In this document: piece by piece, positions 44,640 to 54,325 of the stretch
Numbering within the stretch: the first letter of the stretch is position 1
How the letters are laid out: each line of letters begins with the position of its first letter
Assembly: GCA_964525995.1 (NCBI GenBank)
Contig: CAZGIM010000001.1
Span: 250,445-314,444 of the forward strand
DNA length: 64,000 bases
Direction of reading: 5' to 3'
From: an uncultured Prolixibacteraceae bacterium
Lineage (GTDB): Bacteria > Bacteroidota > Bacteroidia > Bacteroidales > FEN-979
Position numbers and translations under genes: made by a program
The notes under the pieces: model-generated
What the model was told of the DNA's origin: nothing
Database searches by the model: none
Seen by the model: the letters and a program-made list of their open reading frames with translations, nothing else

Positions 44640-46367
44640 TTAATACTCAATTTCAAGATCAAGCTCTTCGCGAAGTAACCGCAGGGAATCGTTTTTTTGT
44701 GCCATCAGATCGAATTTTTCCTTGTCGGTATAGGGTCTGAAGTTTTTAGAGTTCTCGGCGACTGAAGTCCTGAGCTGGATTTTGGAATTCTTCAGTTTAT
44801 TTCTGAGAAATTCCATCATTTCAGTCTTTTTCAGGGTAAGTTCGTCTTCAAGCACTTTATTATCAACGGTAAAATCGATCGTCCATTCATCGGAGATTCG
44901 GGGACGGCTGTTTTTCAGGGTTGAGTAAAGATGGGGTGAATCATTCCGTAGTGTCTCGGCGTATTCATCCCAGTAATTACAAAGATCGGTTTGTGAGAAA
45001 GGAGAAGCCATCTCTGACCTGCCGTTCGGTTCGTCAATAAGATCGTTTCCTGTTGCGGGTTTCGCGTTGAGATTCTTTAAGGATGTGATCCCGTCGAAAG
45101 AACGGGGAAGGTCTTTCATCTTTACAGGTTCCACAGCCTTTTTTGAAGCAGCATGGGTTGTTGGCTGAGTAGTCGGCCGGGCAGTCTGGACCTGAACAGG
45201 GGCTCCCACGGGTGAAGGATTTTTAGGAAGCGCCGGTTGGGGATACGTTCCGGTTTCAGCAGGGGCGTAGCCTTTCATAACCAGGGCACACATCTGCAAC
45301 AGGGCAATCTCCAAATGAAGTTTCTTGTTATTGCTCGATTTATAATTCAAATCACACTGATTGTTGAGGTCGAGCATGTTGATCAGAAGGGTCACCGGGC
45401 ATCTCCCTGATTGTTCCAGATATTGATCCCGGATGGAGGGGGCGGTCTCAATGAGTTTTACAGTCGCTGCATCCTTGCTGACCAGAAGATTCCTGAGGTG
45501 TTCGCCGAAGCCGATAATGAAATGCTGCCCATCGAATCCTTTATCGATAATTTCGTTAATGGTTATCATTACACCTGAAACATCACCCGAAAGCATCTGA
45601 TCGGTTATCCTGAAATAGTATTCATAATCCAGGACATTGAGATTTTCCAGAACGGTTTCATAGGTGAGTTTGTTCCCGGTAAAGCTTACCAATTGGTCAA
45701 AGATAGAGAGCGCATCCCGCATGGCGCCGTCAGCTTTCTGAGCGACGATGTGCAGGGCATGGTCTTCAGCTTCTACGTGTTCTTTCTCGGCTACATAACG
45801 CAAATGTCCTGCAATGTCGTCAATGGTAATACGACGGAAATCGAAAATCTGGCACCGGGAAAGAATGGTCGGTATAATTTTATGTTTTTCTGTAGTGGCA
45901 AGGATGAATTTGGCATAGGCAGGTGGTTCCTCCAATGTTTTCAGGAATGCATTGAAGGCAGCGGCCGAAAGCATATGGACTTCATCGATGATATACACTT
46001 TGTATTTCCCCGTTTGAGGCGGAATCCGAACCTGATCAACCAGAGTTCTGATATCATCGACCGAATTATTGGAAGCCCCGTCGAGTTCGTAAATGTTGAA
46101 CGAAGCATTTTCATTGAATGAGATGCAAGAAGGACAAGTGTCGCATGCTTCCAAACTGGATGAAAGGTTTTCGCAGTTAATAGTCTTTGCCAGAATCCGT
46201 GCGCAGGTAGTTTTTCCAACTCCTCTTGGCCCGCAAAAAAGAAACGCCTGGGCAAGCTGGTTGTTCTTGATGGCGTTCTTCAAGGTGCTCGTGATGGGAC
46301 GCTGACCAACGACCGTATCAAAGGTTTGAGGACGGTATTTTCGGGCTGATACGATGAAATTCTCCAT
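44640..46367 (-). CDS. dnaX: DNA polymerase III subunit tau/gamma
   Basis: 575-aa ORF; Walker A GPRGVGKTTCARILAK, Zn module CDTCPSC, DEVHMLS, SRC motif TILSRCQIFDF; Pro/Thr/Gln linker then C-terminal tau-like region. Confidence 0.92.
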   Translation of the reverse strand: MENFIVSARKYRPQTFDTVVGQRPITSTLKNAIKNNQLAQAFLFCGPRGVGKTTCARILAKTINCENLSSSLEACDTCPSCISFNENASFNIYELDGASNNSVDDIRTLVDQVRIPPQTGKYKVYIIDEVHMLSAAAFNAFLKTLEEPPAYAKFILATTEKHKIIPTILSRCQIFDFRRITIDDIAGHLRYVAEKEHVEAEDHALHIVAQKADGAMRDALSIFDQLVSFTGNKLTYETVLENLNVLDYEYYFRITDQMLSGDVSGVMITINEIIDKGFDGQHFIIGFGEHLRNLLVSKDAATVKLIETAPSIRDQYLEQSGRCPVTLLINMLDLNNQCDLNYKSSNNKKLHLEIALLQMCALVMKGYAPAETGTYPQPALPKNPSPVGAPVQVQTARPTTQPTTHAASKKAVEPVKMKDLPRSFDGITSLKNLNAKPATGNDLIDEPNGRSEMASPFSQTDLCNYWDEYAETLRNDSPHLYSTLKNSRPRISDEWTIDFTVDNKVLEDELTLKKTEMMEFLRNKLKNSKIQLRTSVAENSKNFRPYTDKEKFDLMAQKNDSLRLLREELDLEIEY

Positions 46368-46456
46368 AAACAGAGTTCCTGCATGCGTAAAAGAGGGCCA
46401 AAATTACAAAAGTTTTTGTTTTTTCTGTAATTTGGCATCGGCTACAGACCCTCCCT

Positions 46457-47764
46457 ATGGTACTCATCTTTACCTCTGAAATCACATCACGGCTCGATTA
46501 CATCACCCGTTTTCTTTTCAATGACCTGCTTGGCCTTGGAGTACGGTTGACAAATTCTACTGGTGAGTTTACTTCTCATCCGGGTCCCAAACTTTTTTAT
46601 GGTACCGCCCCCAATACGGAGGCACTTAGAATCAAGCCGGAAGGAATTCTGTTTGAACATGGAATTTCTATAAAACCAACACAGGTAACCCGGTTCTGCG
46701 ACATTCCCGTGTTTTTTCAGGATACTGATCCCGGCGCCATGATCCCTTTTGATATTTTCGGTGCAGCCTTCTACCTGATCAGCCGGTATGAAGAGTATCT
46801 GCCACATTCAAAGGATCGGTACGGGAGGTTCAGGGTTCAGGATAGCCTTGCATTCCGAAACGGATTCCTGGAACTCCCGTTGGTTAATTTGTGGGCAAGG
46901 CTGTTAGGCGACATGCTGACCGAAAAATATCCCGGGCTGAAGGTGAAAATGCCCGATTACCGCTATGTTCCAACCCTTGATGTGGATCATGCATATGCCT
47001 ACCTGAGCAGAACTATCGGAAGAACAGCCGGAGGAATCGTGAGGTCAATAACACGGGGAGAACTTTTTGATATTTACCGGAGGATAAGGGTCCTTACCGG
47101 TTTCGAAAAAGATCCCTATGACAACTTTAAATACATTTTAAACTTACATCAACGGTATTCTACACCCCTTTTATATTTTATTCTTTTTGCTAATTATGGA
47201 GGTGATGACAATAACGTGACCCTTCATTCACCCCGTTTCCGCAGGTTATTGGGAGAATTGGCCCGGGATCATGAAATCGGGATACATCCCTCGGTTTTAT
47301 CAGGAACCCGGAAGGATTTGCTTTTGAAAGAGTATGAAGCGCTCTCAGAGGTCATCGGGCGACCAATCGTTGCGAGCAGGCAGCATTTCCTGAGCTTCAG
47401 CTTCCCTGATACCTTTCGTGGGTTGATCGGGGCGGGAATTACTCATGATTATTCGATGGGATATGCAAATGAGCCCGGTTTCCGGGCCGGGACATCAGTG
47501 CCATTCCCATATTTCGACCTTTTAACCAATGAATCGACGAACCTGATCATTCATCCGATAACGATGATGGATGTAACGTTGCGCGATCATTTGCGTCTAA
47601 AACCAGATCAGGCCCTCCAACTCATTCAGAACTACATAAAGGTCGTACGATCGGCAGGCGGTTCCTTTGTGAGCATCTGGCACAATGAAAGCCTGGGTGA
47701 CACCGGGAAATGGAAAGGCTGGAGGCAGGTATATGAAAAGATGGTCGAATCGGCTTCTGTTTAA
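46457..47764 (+). CDS. polysaccharide deacetylase-like family protein
   Basis: 435-aa ORF; TLDVDHAYAY and GIHPS motifs reminiscent of the NodB-like fold; N-terminal uncharacterised domain common in Bacteroidota homologues. Confidence 0.55.
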   Translation: MVLIFTSEITSRLDYITRFLFNDLLGLGVRLTNSTGEFTSHPGPKLFYGTAPNTEALRIKPEGILFEHGISIKPTQVTRFCDIPVFFQDTDPGAMIPFDIFGAAFYLISRYEEYLPHSKDRYGRFRVQDSLAFRNGFLELPLVNLWARLLGDMLTEKYPGLKVKMPDYRYVPTLDVDHAYAYLSRTIGRTAGGIVRSITRGELFDIYRRIRVLTGFEKDPYDNFKYILNLHQRYSTPLLYFILFANYGGDDNNVTLHSPRFRRLLGELARDHEIGIHPSVLSGTRKDLLLKEYEALSEVIGRPIVASRQHFLSFSFPDTFRGLIGAGITHDYSMGYANEPGFRAGTSVPFPYFDLLTNESTNLIIHPITMMDVTLRDHLRLKPDQALQLIQNYIKVVRSAGGSFVSIWHNESLGDTGKWKGWRQVYEKMVESASV

Positions 47765-47772
47765 CTTATCCG

Positions 47773-48708
47773 ATGATCCGGTATCTTCAAAATAGTCAAA
47801 TCGACAAGCAGAATTGGGATCGGTGTGTGGCCGGATCAATCAACCGCAGGGTCTATGCCTTTTCGTGGTACCTCGATCAGGTTTGTCCGGGGTGGGATGC
47901 GCTGGTGGAGGATGATTATGCGAGTGTCTTTCCCCTGACTCATCGGAAGAAATGGGGAATTCTTTATCTCTTTGAGCCTTTTTTTACGCAACAATTGGGT
48001 ATATTTTCTTCAAAACCCGTTACGGAGAACCTCGTTTCCGATTTTTTTGGCCGGATACCCCGAAAATTCAAATTTATTGAAATTCACCTGAACAGTATGA
48101 ATCCTGTTCAGCTTCAGGGATACGAAGTATTTCACCGTTTGAATCATGAGATTAGCCTTAATGCTGACTATGACCGGTTGTATACCGCCTATTCACAAAA
48201 TGCCCGAAGGAATCTGAAAAAAGCTGGCGAACATGGAATTATCATCAGCCATGATACCGCAATTGCAGAACTGATCGCCCTGTTCAGAGAAAATTTTGGG
48301 AATAAAGAGGGAAAACTCAATCCGGACCATTACTTACTTTTGGAACGATTGTTAAATGAAACAAAGAAACATAATTCCGGAGTGATATACAGCGCCCTGA
48401 ATGATTCAGGAATGCTTTTGGCAGCAGCCTTTGTTTTAACTGACGCTTCGAGGCATTATTTCCTTTTCGCGGCATCTAATTCTGCAGCCCGTGACAATGG
48501 AGCCATGTTTTTCCTGATCGATCAAATTATACGGGATCATTCGGGGAGTAGTACCCTCCTTGATTTCGAGGGTGGTAATGATGCGAACTTAGCCAGGTTT
48601 TATAAGGGTTTTGGAGCTTGCGAGGTCACTTATCCGGCGGTCAGGATAAACCGTTTGCCATATTTTTTGTGGGCGGGGGTACGTTTAATCCGGAAGTTTA
48701 GATCTTGA
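47773..48708 (+). CDS. FemAB-like / GNAT-fold acyltransferase family protein
   Basis: 311-aa ORF; 8 nt after the deacetylase-like gene; C-terminal LAAAFVLTDASRHYFLFAASN...LLDFEGGN pattern of BioF2-like/FemAB-like acetyltransferases. Confidence 0.5.
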   Translation: MIRYLQNSQIDKQNWDRCVAGSINRRVYAFSWYLDQVCPGWDALVEDDYASVFPLTHRKKWGILYLFEPFFTQQLGIFSSKPVTENLVSDFFGRIPRKFKFIEIHLNSMNPVQLQGYEVFHRLNHEISLNADYDRLYTAYSQNARRNLKKAGEHGIIISHDTAIAELIALFRENFGNKEGKLNPDHYLLLERLLNETKKHNSGVIYSALNDSGMLLAAAFVLTDASRHYFLFAASNSAARDNGAMFFLIDQIIRDHSGSSTLLDFEGGNDANLARFYKGFGACEVTYPAVRINRLPYFLWAGVRLIRKFRS

Positions 48709-48790
48709 AAAGGCTGGATCATAATGATTTGAGTAGCTGGAGGAGGTGTTTGAATTTTTATTTTTTGGGTAACTTGTTAATGCATGGATT

Positions 48791-50035
48791 ATGAAGAACA
48801 CACTGTTTTATGAAAATATCAGGATCTCGCTGACGGCGATAAAGAGTCATCTTTTGCGGACTATTCTCACGATTATGATCATTGCCTTCGGGATTATGGC
48901 GCTTGTGGGGATTCTCACGGCCACAGATTCCATCAAATACTATCTTACCCAGAATTTCACGATGATGGGATCGAATACCTTTACCATCCGTAACCGGTCG
49001 TCGAATGTACATATGGGAGGCGGACCACACAAGGAGAAGCGATATGAACCCATAACCTTCAGACAAGCCCGGGAATTCAAGGAACGGTACGATTTTCCTG
49101 CATATACCTCAATATATTCAAGGGCAACGGGAATAGCTACGTTGAAATACGAAAACAAAAAGACCAATCCCAATGTAAGGGTGATCGGTACCGATGAGAT
49201 GTATTTTGTAACAGCAGGTGATGAAGTTGAGAAAGGTCGTAATTTTACTCCAAACGAGGTTGAAAACGGGTTCCATTCCGTGATCCTTGGCTCCAAATTA
49301 GTGGAAGATCTTTTCAAGAATCAGGAAGATCCGATTGATAAGATTATCTCGATCGGACCGGGAAAATTCAAGGTGGTCGGGGTCCTCAAGTCGAAAGGTT
49401 CCAGCATGGGTTTTAGCGGCGACCTGACCTGTTTTATTCCGGTTACGACAGTCAGGACGGCATTTCCAAGGCCCGACATGTCGTATAATATCAACGTCAT
49501 GGCGAAAAGGCCTGAACAGGTTGACGCCGCGATAGGGGAGGCTACTGCGATTCTCAGGAATATCAGAAAAGTTCCTGTTGGTATCGAAAGCACCTTTGAG
49601 ATGACCAAAAGCGATAACGTTGCAAAGATGTTGATCGAGAACATCAAATATGTTACAATGGCTGCCACGTTGATTGGATTTATTACCTTACTGGGAGCAG
49701 CCATCGGACTGATGAATATCATGCTGGTTTCGGTCACGGAGCGCACCCGCGAAATCGGTATCCGTAAAGCTATTGGCGCCACCAAAAGGGTCATCCGGAA
49801 TCAGTTTCTATTCGAATCCGTCGTTATTGGACAATTGGGTGGATTTGTCGGGATATTCCTGGGAATCATGGTGGGTAATGTGATTTCGTTGTTAATCGGG
49901 AGCGCCTTTATTGTGCCCTGGTTATGGATACTGACCGGTGTCATACTCTGTCTTGCCGTAGCGTTGTTAAGCGGGTTCATCCCGGCGCGTAAGGCAGCAA
50001 ACCTGGATCCGATCGAATCGCTTCGTTACGAATGA
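48791..50035 (+). CDS. ABC transporter permease (MacB/FtsX family)
   Basis: 414-aa ORF; N-terminal TM, large periplasmic MacB-PCD-like domain, C-terminal FtsX region (ERTREIGIRKAIGA, PARKAANLDPIESLRYE). Confidence 0.88.
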   Translation: MKNTLFYENIRISLTAIKSHLLRTILTIMIIAFGIMALVGILTATDSIKYYLTQNFTMMGSNTFTIRNRSSNVHMGGGPHKEKRYEPITFRQAREFKERYDFPAYTSIYSRATGIATLKYENKKTNPNVRVIGTDEMYFVTAGDEVEKGRNFTPNEVENGFHSVILGSKLVEDLFKNQEDPIDKIISIGPGKFKVVGVLKSKGSSMGFSGDLTCFIPVTTVRTAFPRPDMSYNINVMAKRPEQVDAAIGEATAILRNIRKVPVGIESTFEMTKSDNVAKMLIENIKYVTMAATLIGFITLLGAAIGLMNIMLVSVTERTREIGIRKAIGATKRVIRNQFLFESVVIGQLGGFVGIFLGIMVGNVISLLIGSAFIVPWLWILTGVILCLAVALLSGFIPARKAANLDPIESLRYE

Positions 50036-50044
50036 TCGTAAAAC

Positions 50045-51478
50045 ATGGATCTTTGTAGCGTCATCGCCCTGCTCAACAAGGAGTTCCCGTATGAGCCCAC
50101 CGAGGGTCAGCGGAGGGTGATGGAAGAATTAGCGTCGTTTCTGGTTCTATCATGGAAGAAGTCGAATGCACTGTTTCTGCTGTGTGGGTATGCCGGAACA
50201 GGAAAGACCACCCTCGTTAAATCCCTGGTCGATGTATTGCCCAGGATCGGGAAACGGACTGTGTTACTGGCCCCGACGGGCAGGGCAGCCAAGGTTCTTA
50301 ACGGGTATACCGGCAAGGAGGCGAATACCATTCACCGGAAGATTTATTTGGCCCGCACAACCCGGGAGGGTAAGATCAGCTTGCGGTTACAGACCAATTA
50401 TCATAAACATACCCTGTTCATTGTCGATGAAGCTTCGATGATACAATATGGCGGAGAACAGGAGGGAGCCTTGTTTTCATCGAGGAATCTGCTTGATGAT
50501 CTCTTTCACTATGTGTATAGCGGTGAAAATTGCCGGATGATGTTCATCGGCGATACTGCCCAACTTCCTCCGGTTGGACTTGGATACAGTCCGGCCCTGG
50601 ATATCGATTTTTTAAAACAGCGGTATCATCTGTCGCCGGAAACATTTGAACTCACAGAGGTTGTACGACAAGCCCGTAAGTCGGGTATCCTGGTAAATGC
50701 CACGATGGTTCGTAATCAGCTCCAGGACCGGAAATTTGAACTTCCCATATTGTTTACCGAATCATTTAAAGACATTCAGCGGATCACCGGATCAGAATTA
50801 GAGGAGTTGCTGAACCATGCTTTTTCAGATTCTGCGAAAGATCATAATGTAGTCATTTGCCGCTCCAACAAAAGGGCGAATATTTTCAACCGTGAAATTC
50901 GGAGGCGTATTTTGTACTATGAGGATGAAATTTCGACGGGTGACTACCTGATGGTTGTTAAAAATAACTATTTCTGGTTGCCGGATGATTCTCAGGCGGG
51001 TTTTATCGCTAATGGTGATATCGTTGAGTTGGTCCGAATCCGTAAGATTGAAGAGCAGTATGGGTTTCGTTTTGCTGAAGTCACCATCCGATTCATCGAT
51101 TACCCTGAAGAGAAGGAACTTGACGTTAAGATCATTTTAAATACACTCATGTCGGAATCGGCGGCACTTTCGCAAGCGGAGCAAAACCGGCTCTTTCAGG
51201 CCGTCATGGATGATTACCAGGAACTTCCTTCCCGCCGTGCCCGGCTGGATCAGGTCAGGGTCAATCCTTTTTTTAATGCCCTTCAGGTGAAGTTTGCATA
51301 TGCACTAACCTGTCATAAAACCCAGGGCGGTCAATGGAATACCGTTTTCGTTGATCAGGGTTATCTGAACGACCGGATGATTAATATTGAATATGGACGG
51401 TGGTTATATACTGCGCTGACCCGGGCAACCCGAACGTTGTATCTGATCAATTTCGAGGAACGTTTTTTTAAAAAATAA
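50045..51478 (+). CDS. RecD/TraA-family ATP-dependent DNA helicase
   Basis: 477-aa ORF; Walker A GYAGTGKTTL, FIVDEASM, GDTAQLPPV, C-terminal YALTCHKTQGGQW...YTALTRAT. Confidence 0.85.
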   Translation: MDLCSVIALLNKEFPYEPTEGQRRVMEELASFLVLSWKKSNALFLLCGYAGTGKTTLVKSLVDVLPRIGKRTVLLAPTGRAAKVLNGYTGKEANTIHRKIYLARTTREGKISLRLQTNYHKHTLFIVDEASMIQYGGEQEGALFSSRNLLDDLFHYVYSGENCRMMFIGDTAQLPPVGLGYSPALDIDFLKQRYHLSPETFELTEVVRQARKSGILVNATMVRNQLQDRKFELPILFTESFKDIQRITGSELEELLNHAFSDSAKDHNVVICRSNKRANIFNREIRRRILYYEDEISTGDYLMVVKNNYFWLPDDSQAGFIANGDIVELVRIRKIEEQYGFRFAEVTIRFIDYPEEKELDVKIILNTLMSESAALSQAEQNRLFQAVMDDYQELPSRRARLDQVRVNPFFNALQVKFAYALTCHKTQGGQWNTVFVDQGYLNDRMINIEYGRWLYTALTRATRTLYLINFEERFFKK

Positions 51479-51514
51479 CCCTGTTGCGAAAATTCACAAC
51501 AGGGTTATTTTTTA
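51474..51514. terminator. bidirectional intrinsic terminator between convergent genes
   Basis: AATAACCCTGTTG (51474..51486) pairs with CAACAGGGTTATT (51497..51509), with an A-run before and a T-run after. Confidence 0.7.
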
Positions 51515-51528
51515 AGGCATAGAACCGG

Positions 51529-52425
51529 TTACCATCCTAACAGTGTGAGCCCCACAGTCCATGGATATAACTCGGGACCCTGATTCTCCTGAAACATCCG
51601 GGTTACAGAATAAGTGGCAAAGAGGTTCAAATGAGACCAACCGATACGGAAGGCAGCATCGACTTTAAATGGTGAAAGGTGGTAAGCTCCCCGGTCGCGA
51701 ACCAGGTATTTTTCGACGGTATAGGATGCAACCCTATTGCCCTGATCGTCGATGAGAAAATAGGTCTGATTTTTATTGTCGTAAACCTGTTTGGTATAAG
51801 ATCCGATTCTGGCACCTAAAATAACGCCTAAAGAAACATGGAAGCTGTTCGCCCTCCGAAAACGGTTGGTCTGGTATTCAAACAACAATGGTAGCGTAAT
51901 AAATGACTCCACCATTTTGTTTGTACGAAGAGAAACCAGGTTCCCGGAAGCATCTTCAACCCGATACGCTACCAAAGCGTTCGAATCCTGCAGCATAACA
52001 TAGTTATTGGTAAAAAAGTAGTTGCAGATCTGAAAACCGATCCCGGTCGTAAATCCAAAATGGTTTTTGGCCAGATTTACATTCAGTTCAAAGGGATTGA
52101 TGTTGACAGTAAGTGAACGGGCTGTGTTGATATTCATGTAAGGGTATTCCGGATAAAAGTTCATATTGAAATCAGAGGTCTCATACCCGTTAAAGCCCAG
52201 CTCGATCCCGGCCCAATGGCCATTATATTTTTTGTGTTTTTTACAGAATGGGAAATCATTCCAGTCAAAATCGGGGAATCCGCAAAGGAAGTCATTCATA
52301 AAAACGCTGTCATGAACGTGATGTTTGGATTTATGCCTGGGAAAATCGGAAGGGTCTTGTGCCTTTACAGCAGGCAGTGCAAAAGTCATGCTTATGACGA
52401 TAAGGAAAATCCTCATAGTTTTCAT
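51529..52425 (-). CDS. outer-membrane beta-barrel protein (PorT-like/OMP_b-brl family)
   Basis: ORF 51529..52434; signal peptide MKTMRIFLIVISMTFALPAVKAQD; alternating beta-strand pattern; C-terminal aromatic residue. Confidence 0.6.
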   Translation of the reverse strand: MKTMRIFLIVISMTFALPAVKAQDPSDFPRHKSKHHVHDSVFMNDFLCGFPDFDWNDFPFCKKHKKYNGHWAGIELGFNGYETSDFNMNFYPEYPYMNINTARSLTVNINPFELNVNLAKNHFGFTTGIGFQICNYFFTNNYVMLQDSNALVAYRVEDASGNLVSLRTNKMVESFITLPLLFEYQTNRFRRANSFHVSLGVILGARIGSYTKQVYDNKNQTYFLIDDQGNRVASYTVEKYLVRDRGAYHLSPFKVDAAFRIGWSHLNLFATYSVTRMFQENQGPELYPWTVGLTLLGW

Positions 52426-52494
52426 AGGGTACATTTTTTTTTGGTTAACAACTGAAGCCTAAGACGTGAAATAATCTCGAATGTTACAACGATA

Positions 52495-54285
52495 TCAGGA
52501 ATCGAGTTTCAGAACAGCGAGGAATGCTTTCTGTGGAACTTCGACATTCCCGATCTGACGCATTCGTTTTTTTCCTTTTTTCTGTTTTTCAAGAAGTTTT
52601 CTTTTACGGGTGATGTCGCCGCCATAGCATTTCGCGGTGACATCTTTTCTCACCGCCTTAACGGTTTCCCTTGCGATGATCTTTGCGCCGATGGCCGCCT
52701 GGATAGCTACTTCAAATTGTTGGCGCGGGATAAATTCCTTTAACTTGATACAGAATTTCCGGCCGAAATCGTACGAATTATTACGGGTAATGAGCGCCGA
52801 GAGGGCGTCAACCACTTCACCATTCAGGAGGATATCAAGTTTTACAAGATCGGTATCCTTATAGCCGATCGGATGATAATCGAAAGAGGCATATCCTTTG
52901 GAGATGCTTTTCAACCGGTCATAAAAATCAAAAACAATCTCGCCCAAAGGGAGTTCCACGGTAAGTTCAATACGATCGGTGGTGAGATATACCTGATTTT
53001 TCAGCGTTCCCCGTTTATCCATGCACAGTTTGATGATCGGACCGATGTATTCGGCTTTGGTAATAATGTTAGCCAGAATATAAGGCTCCTCCATCCGTTC
53101 GATATGGTTTGGTTCGGGAAGTCCGGATGGATTATAAACGTCGAGCGTTTCGCCTTTTGTGGTATAAACCTTATAGGATACGTTGGGGACGGTAGTAATG
53201 ACATCCATATCGAATTCACGATCGAGCCGTTCCTGGATGATCTCCATATGAAGAAGTCCAAGGAATCCGCACCGGAATCCGAAACCAAGGGCTGCCGATG
53301 CTTCCGGTTCAAAGGTGAGGGAAGCGTCATTGAGGCGAAGTTTTTCCAGGGAGTCGCGTAATTCTTCGTATTCATCGGCGTCGGTGGGATAGATTCCGGC
53401 GAAAACCATCGGTTTTACACCTCGAAATCCTGAAATTCCCTCCAGACATGGTGTTTCAACGTGGGTGATGGTATCGCCCACCTGTACCTCTTTGCTGTTT
53501 TTGATCCCTGAAATGATATAACCGACATTTCCTGTACAAACCGCGTCGCGTGGTTCGGGGCGGAGTTTCAGAATCCCGACCTCATCAGCATGATAGTCCA
53601 TACCGGTTGCAACGAATTTTACATGGTCGCCCTTATTGATGGATCCGTTAAAGATCCGGAAATAGGCTACCACTCCACGGAATGGATTATAGAGTGAGTC
53701 GAAGATCAGGGCTTGCAACGGAGCATCGGGGTCGCCTGAAGGAGGCGGAATTTTATGGATAATAGCTTCGAGAACCTCTTCAATGCCCAGTCCGATTTTG
53801 GCGCTGACTGCCAAAATTTCTTGACGATCGCACCCGATAAGGTCAACGATCTGGTCTTTGACCTCCTCAACCATCGCAGCGTCCATGTCAATTTTATTTA
53901 AGACTGGGATGATGGCCAGGTTGTGTTCAATGGCAAGGTAGAGATTGGAAATTGTTTGAGCCTGGATTCCCTGGGTCGCGTCAACCACCAGCAAGGCCCC
54001 TTCACAAGCTGCAATTGCCCGGGAGACTTCGTATGAAAAATCAACGTGTCCGGGAGTATCGATCAGATTCAATACATAGATTTCATCATGATACCGAAAA
54101 TTCATCTGGATTGCATGGCTCTTGATAGTGATACCCCGTTCGCGTTCGAGATCCATATCATCAAGCACCTGCTCTCTTGAATCCCGCTCTGAAATGGTAT
54201 CGGTCCATTGTAACAGCCTGTCGGCCAGGGTTGATTTGCCGTGGTCGATATGGGCAATAATACAGAAGTTCCGAATTTTTTTCAC
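52495..54285 (-). CDS. lepA: elongation factor 4
   Basis: 596-aa ORF; [34 protein letters not shown] and the LepA-specific C-terminal domain. Confidence 0.95.
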   Translation of the reverse strand: MKKIRNFCIIAHIDHGKSTLADRLLQWTDTISERDSREQVLDDMDLERERGITIKSHAIQMNFRYHDEIYVLNLIDTPGHVDFSYEVSRAIAACEGALLVVDATQGIQAQTISNLYLAIEHNLAIIPVLNKIDMDAAMVEEVKDQIVDLIGCDRQEILAVSAKIGLGIEEVLEAIIHKIPPPSGDPDAPLQALIFDSLYNPFRGVVAYFRIFNGSINKGDHVKFVATGMDYHADEVGILKLRPEPRDAVCTGNVGYIISGIKNSKEVQVGDTITHVETPCLEGISGFRGVKPMVFAGIYPTDADEYEELRDSLEKLRLNDASLTFEPEASAALGFGFRCGFLGLLHMEIIQERLDREFDMDVITTVPNVSYKVYTTKGETLDVYNPSGLPEPNHIERMEEPYILANIITKAEYIGPIIKLCMDKRGTLKNQVYLTTDRIELTVELPLGEIVFDFYDRLKSISKGYASFDYHPIGYKDTDLVKLDILLNGEVVDALSALITRNNSYDFGRKFCIKLKEFIPRQQFEVAIQAAIGAKIIARETVKAVRKDVTAKCYGGDITRKRKLLEKQKKGKKRMRQIGNVEVPQKAFLAVLKLDS

Positions 54286-54325
54286 GGACGCAAAGATAGT
54301 AATATCGTTTGAAAATGGTGCAGGA

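Noticed and set aside
48791-50035. MacB-like permease with no adjacent ABC ATPase or MFP gene
   Set aside because: Orphan FtsX/MacB permease genes are common in Bacteroidota genomes, so this is not distinctive on its own.
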